DNA of 63,979 nt, the filler included, from Porpidia crustulata (Eukaryota), in NCBI GenBank assembly GCA_964255105.1. It is 4 parts of 4 records of this genome, joined end to end, with 100 filler letters (N's around TTAATTAATTAA, not from the genome) between each part and the next. Parts side by side here need not be neighbours in the genome. Positions count along the whole stretch, not along the records: positions 48,172 to 63,979 come from CAXUWE010000281.1; 3 more parts are not named here. One strand, written 5' to 3'. The position numbers and the translations under genes are program-made. Below, in pieces: positions 63,932 through 63,979 of this stretch (position 1 is its first letter; each line of letters begins with the position of its first letter). The notes under the pieces were generated by a model. It did not search any database, was not told where the DNA came from, and saw only the letters and a list, made by a program, of their open reading frames with translations.

Positions 63932-63979
63932 GAGTATTCCCGGGCCCGTGCACGTTCCGGTCCCGTGCACACCCCACTT
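63931..63979. mobile_element. Putative terminal inverted repeat of a TA-targeting DNA transposon (pogo/Fot1-like)
   Basis: Begins immediately after TA (63929-63930) and contains two 14-nt direct repeats, CCGGKCCCGTGCAC (63940-63953, 63957-63970). The sequence ends here, so only one end is visible. Confidence 0.5.

Overview
Filamentous ascomycete (Pezizomycotina) genomic DNA. It has short GT-AG introns with CTRAC-type branch sites. A lichen-forming lineage is plausible but cannot be shown from the sequence. The window is not contiguous: four ~16-kb contigs (1-15992, 16093-32053, 32154-48071, 48172-63979) are joined by an artificial 100-nt spacer (44 N + TTAATTAATTAA + 44 N), so adjacency across a spacer is meaningless. 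Contigs 1-2 carry mostly housekeeping genes: a GPI-anchored cell-wall protein, Sac7-like RhoGAP, TIM9, SFA1, a Ubl-AN1 zinc finger, GPI11, PGC1, a SIS-domain protein, ATG13 and a btb1-like gene. Contig 2 also has a frameshifted Hsp70/actin-fold gene. Contig 3 has ADA2, YPK1 and PGI1. It also has two distinct ~265-bp MITEs, both with CACG...CGTG ends and 5-bp target-site duplications (a Transib-like signature). These are followed by a head-to-head pair: a HeLo-like/ankyrin gene and an apparently catalytically dead SHMT paralogue. Contig 4 holds a secondary-metabolite cluster: an aldo-keto reductase, an intact non-reducing PKS (SAT-KS-AT-PT-ACP-ACP-TE), and a divergent NRPS-like gene interrupted at a TA by what looks like a transposon end. 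Gene models were spliced by eye and family names come from motif recognition, not database searches.
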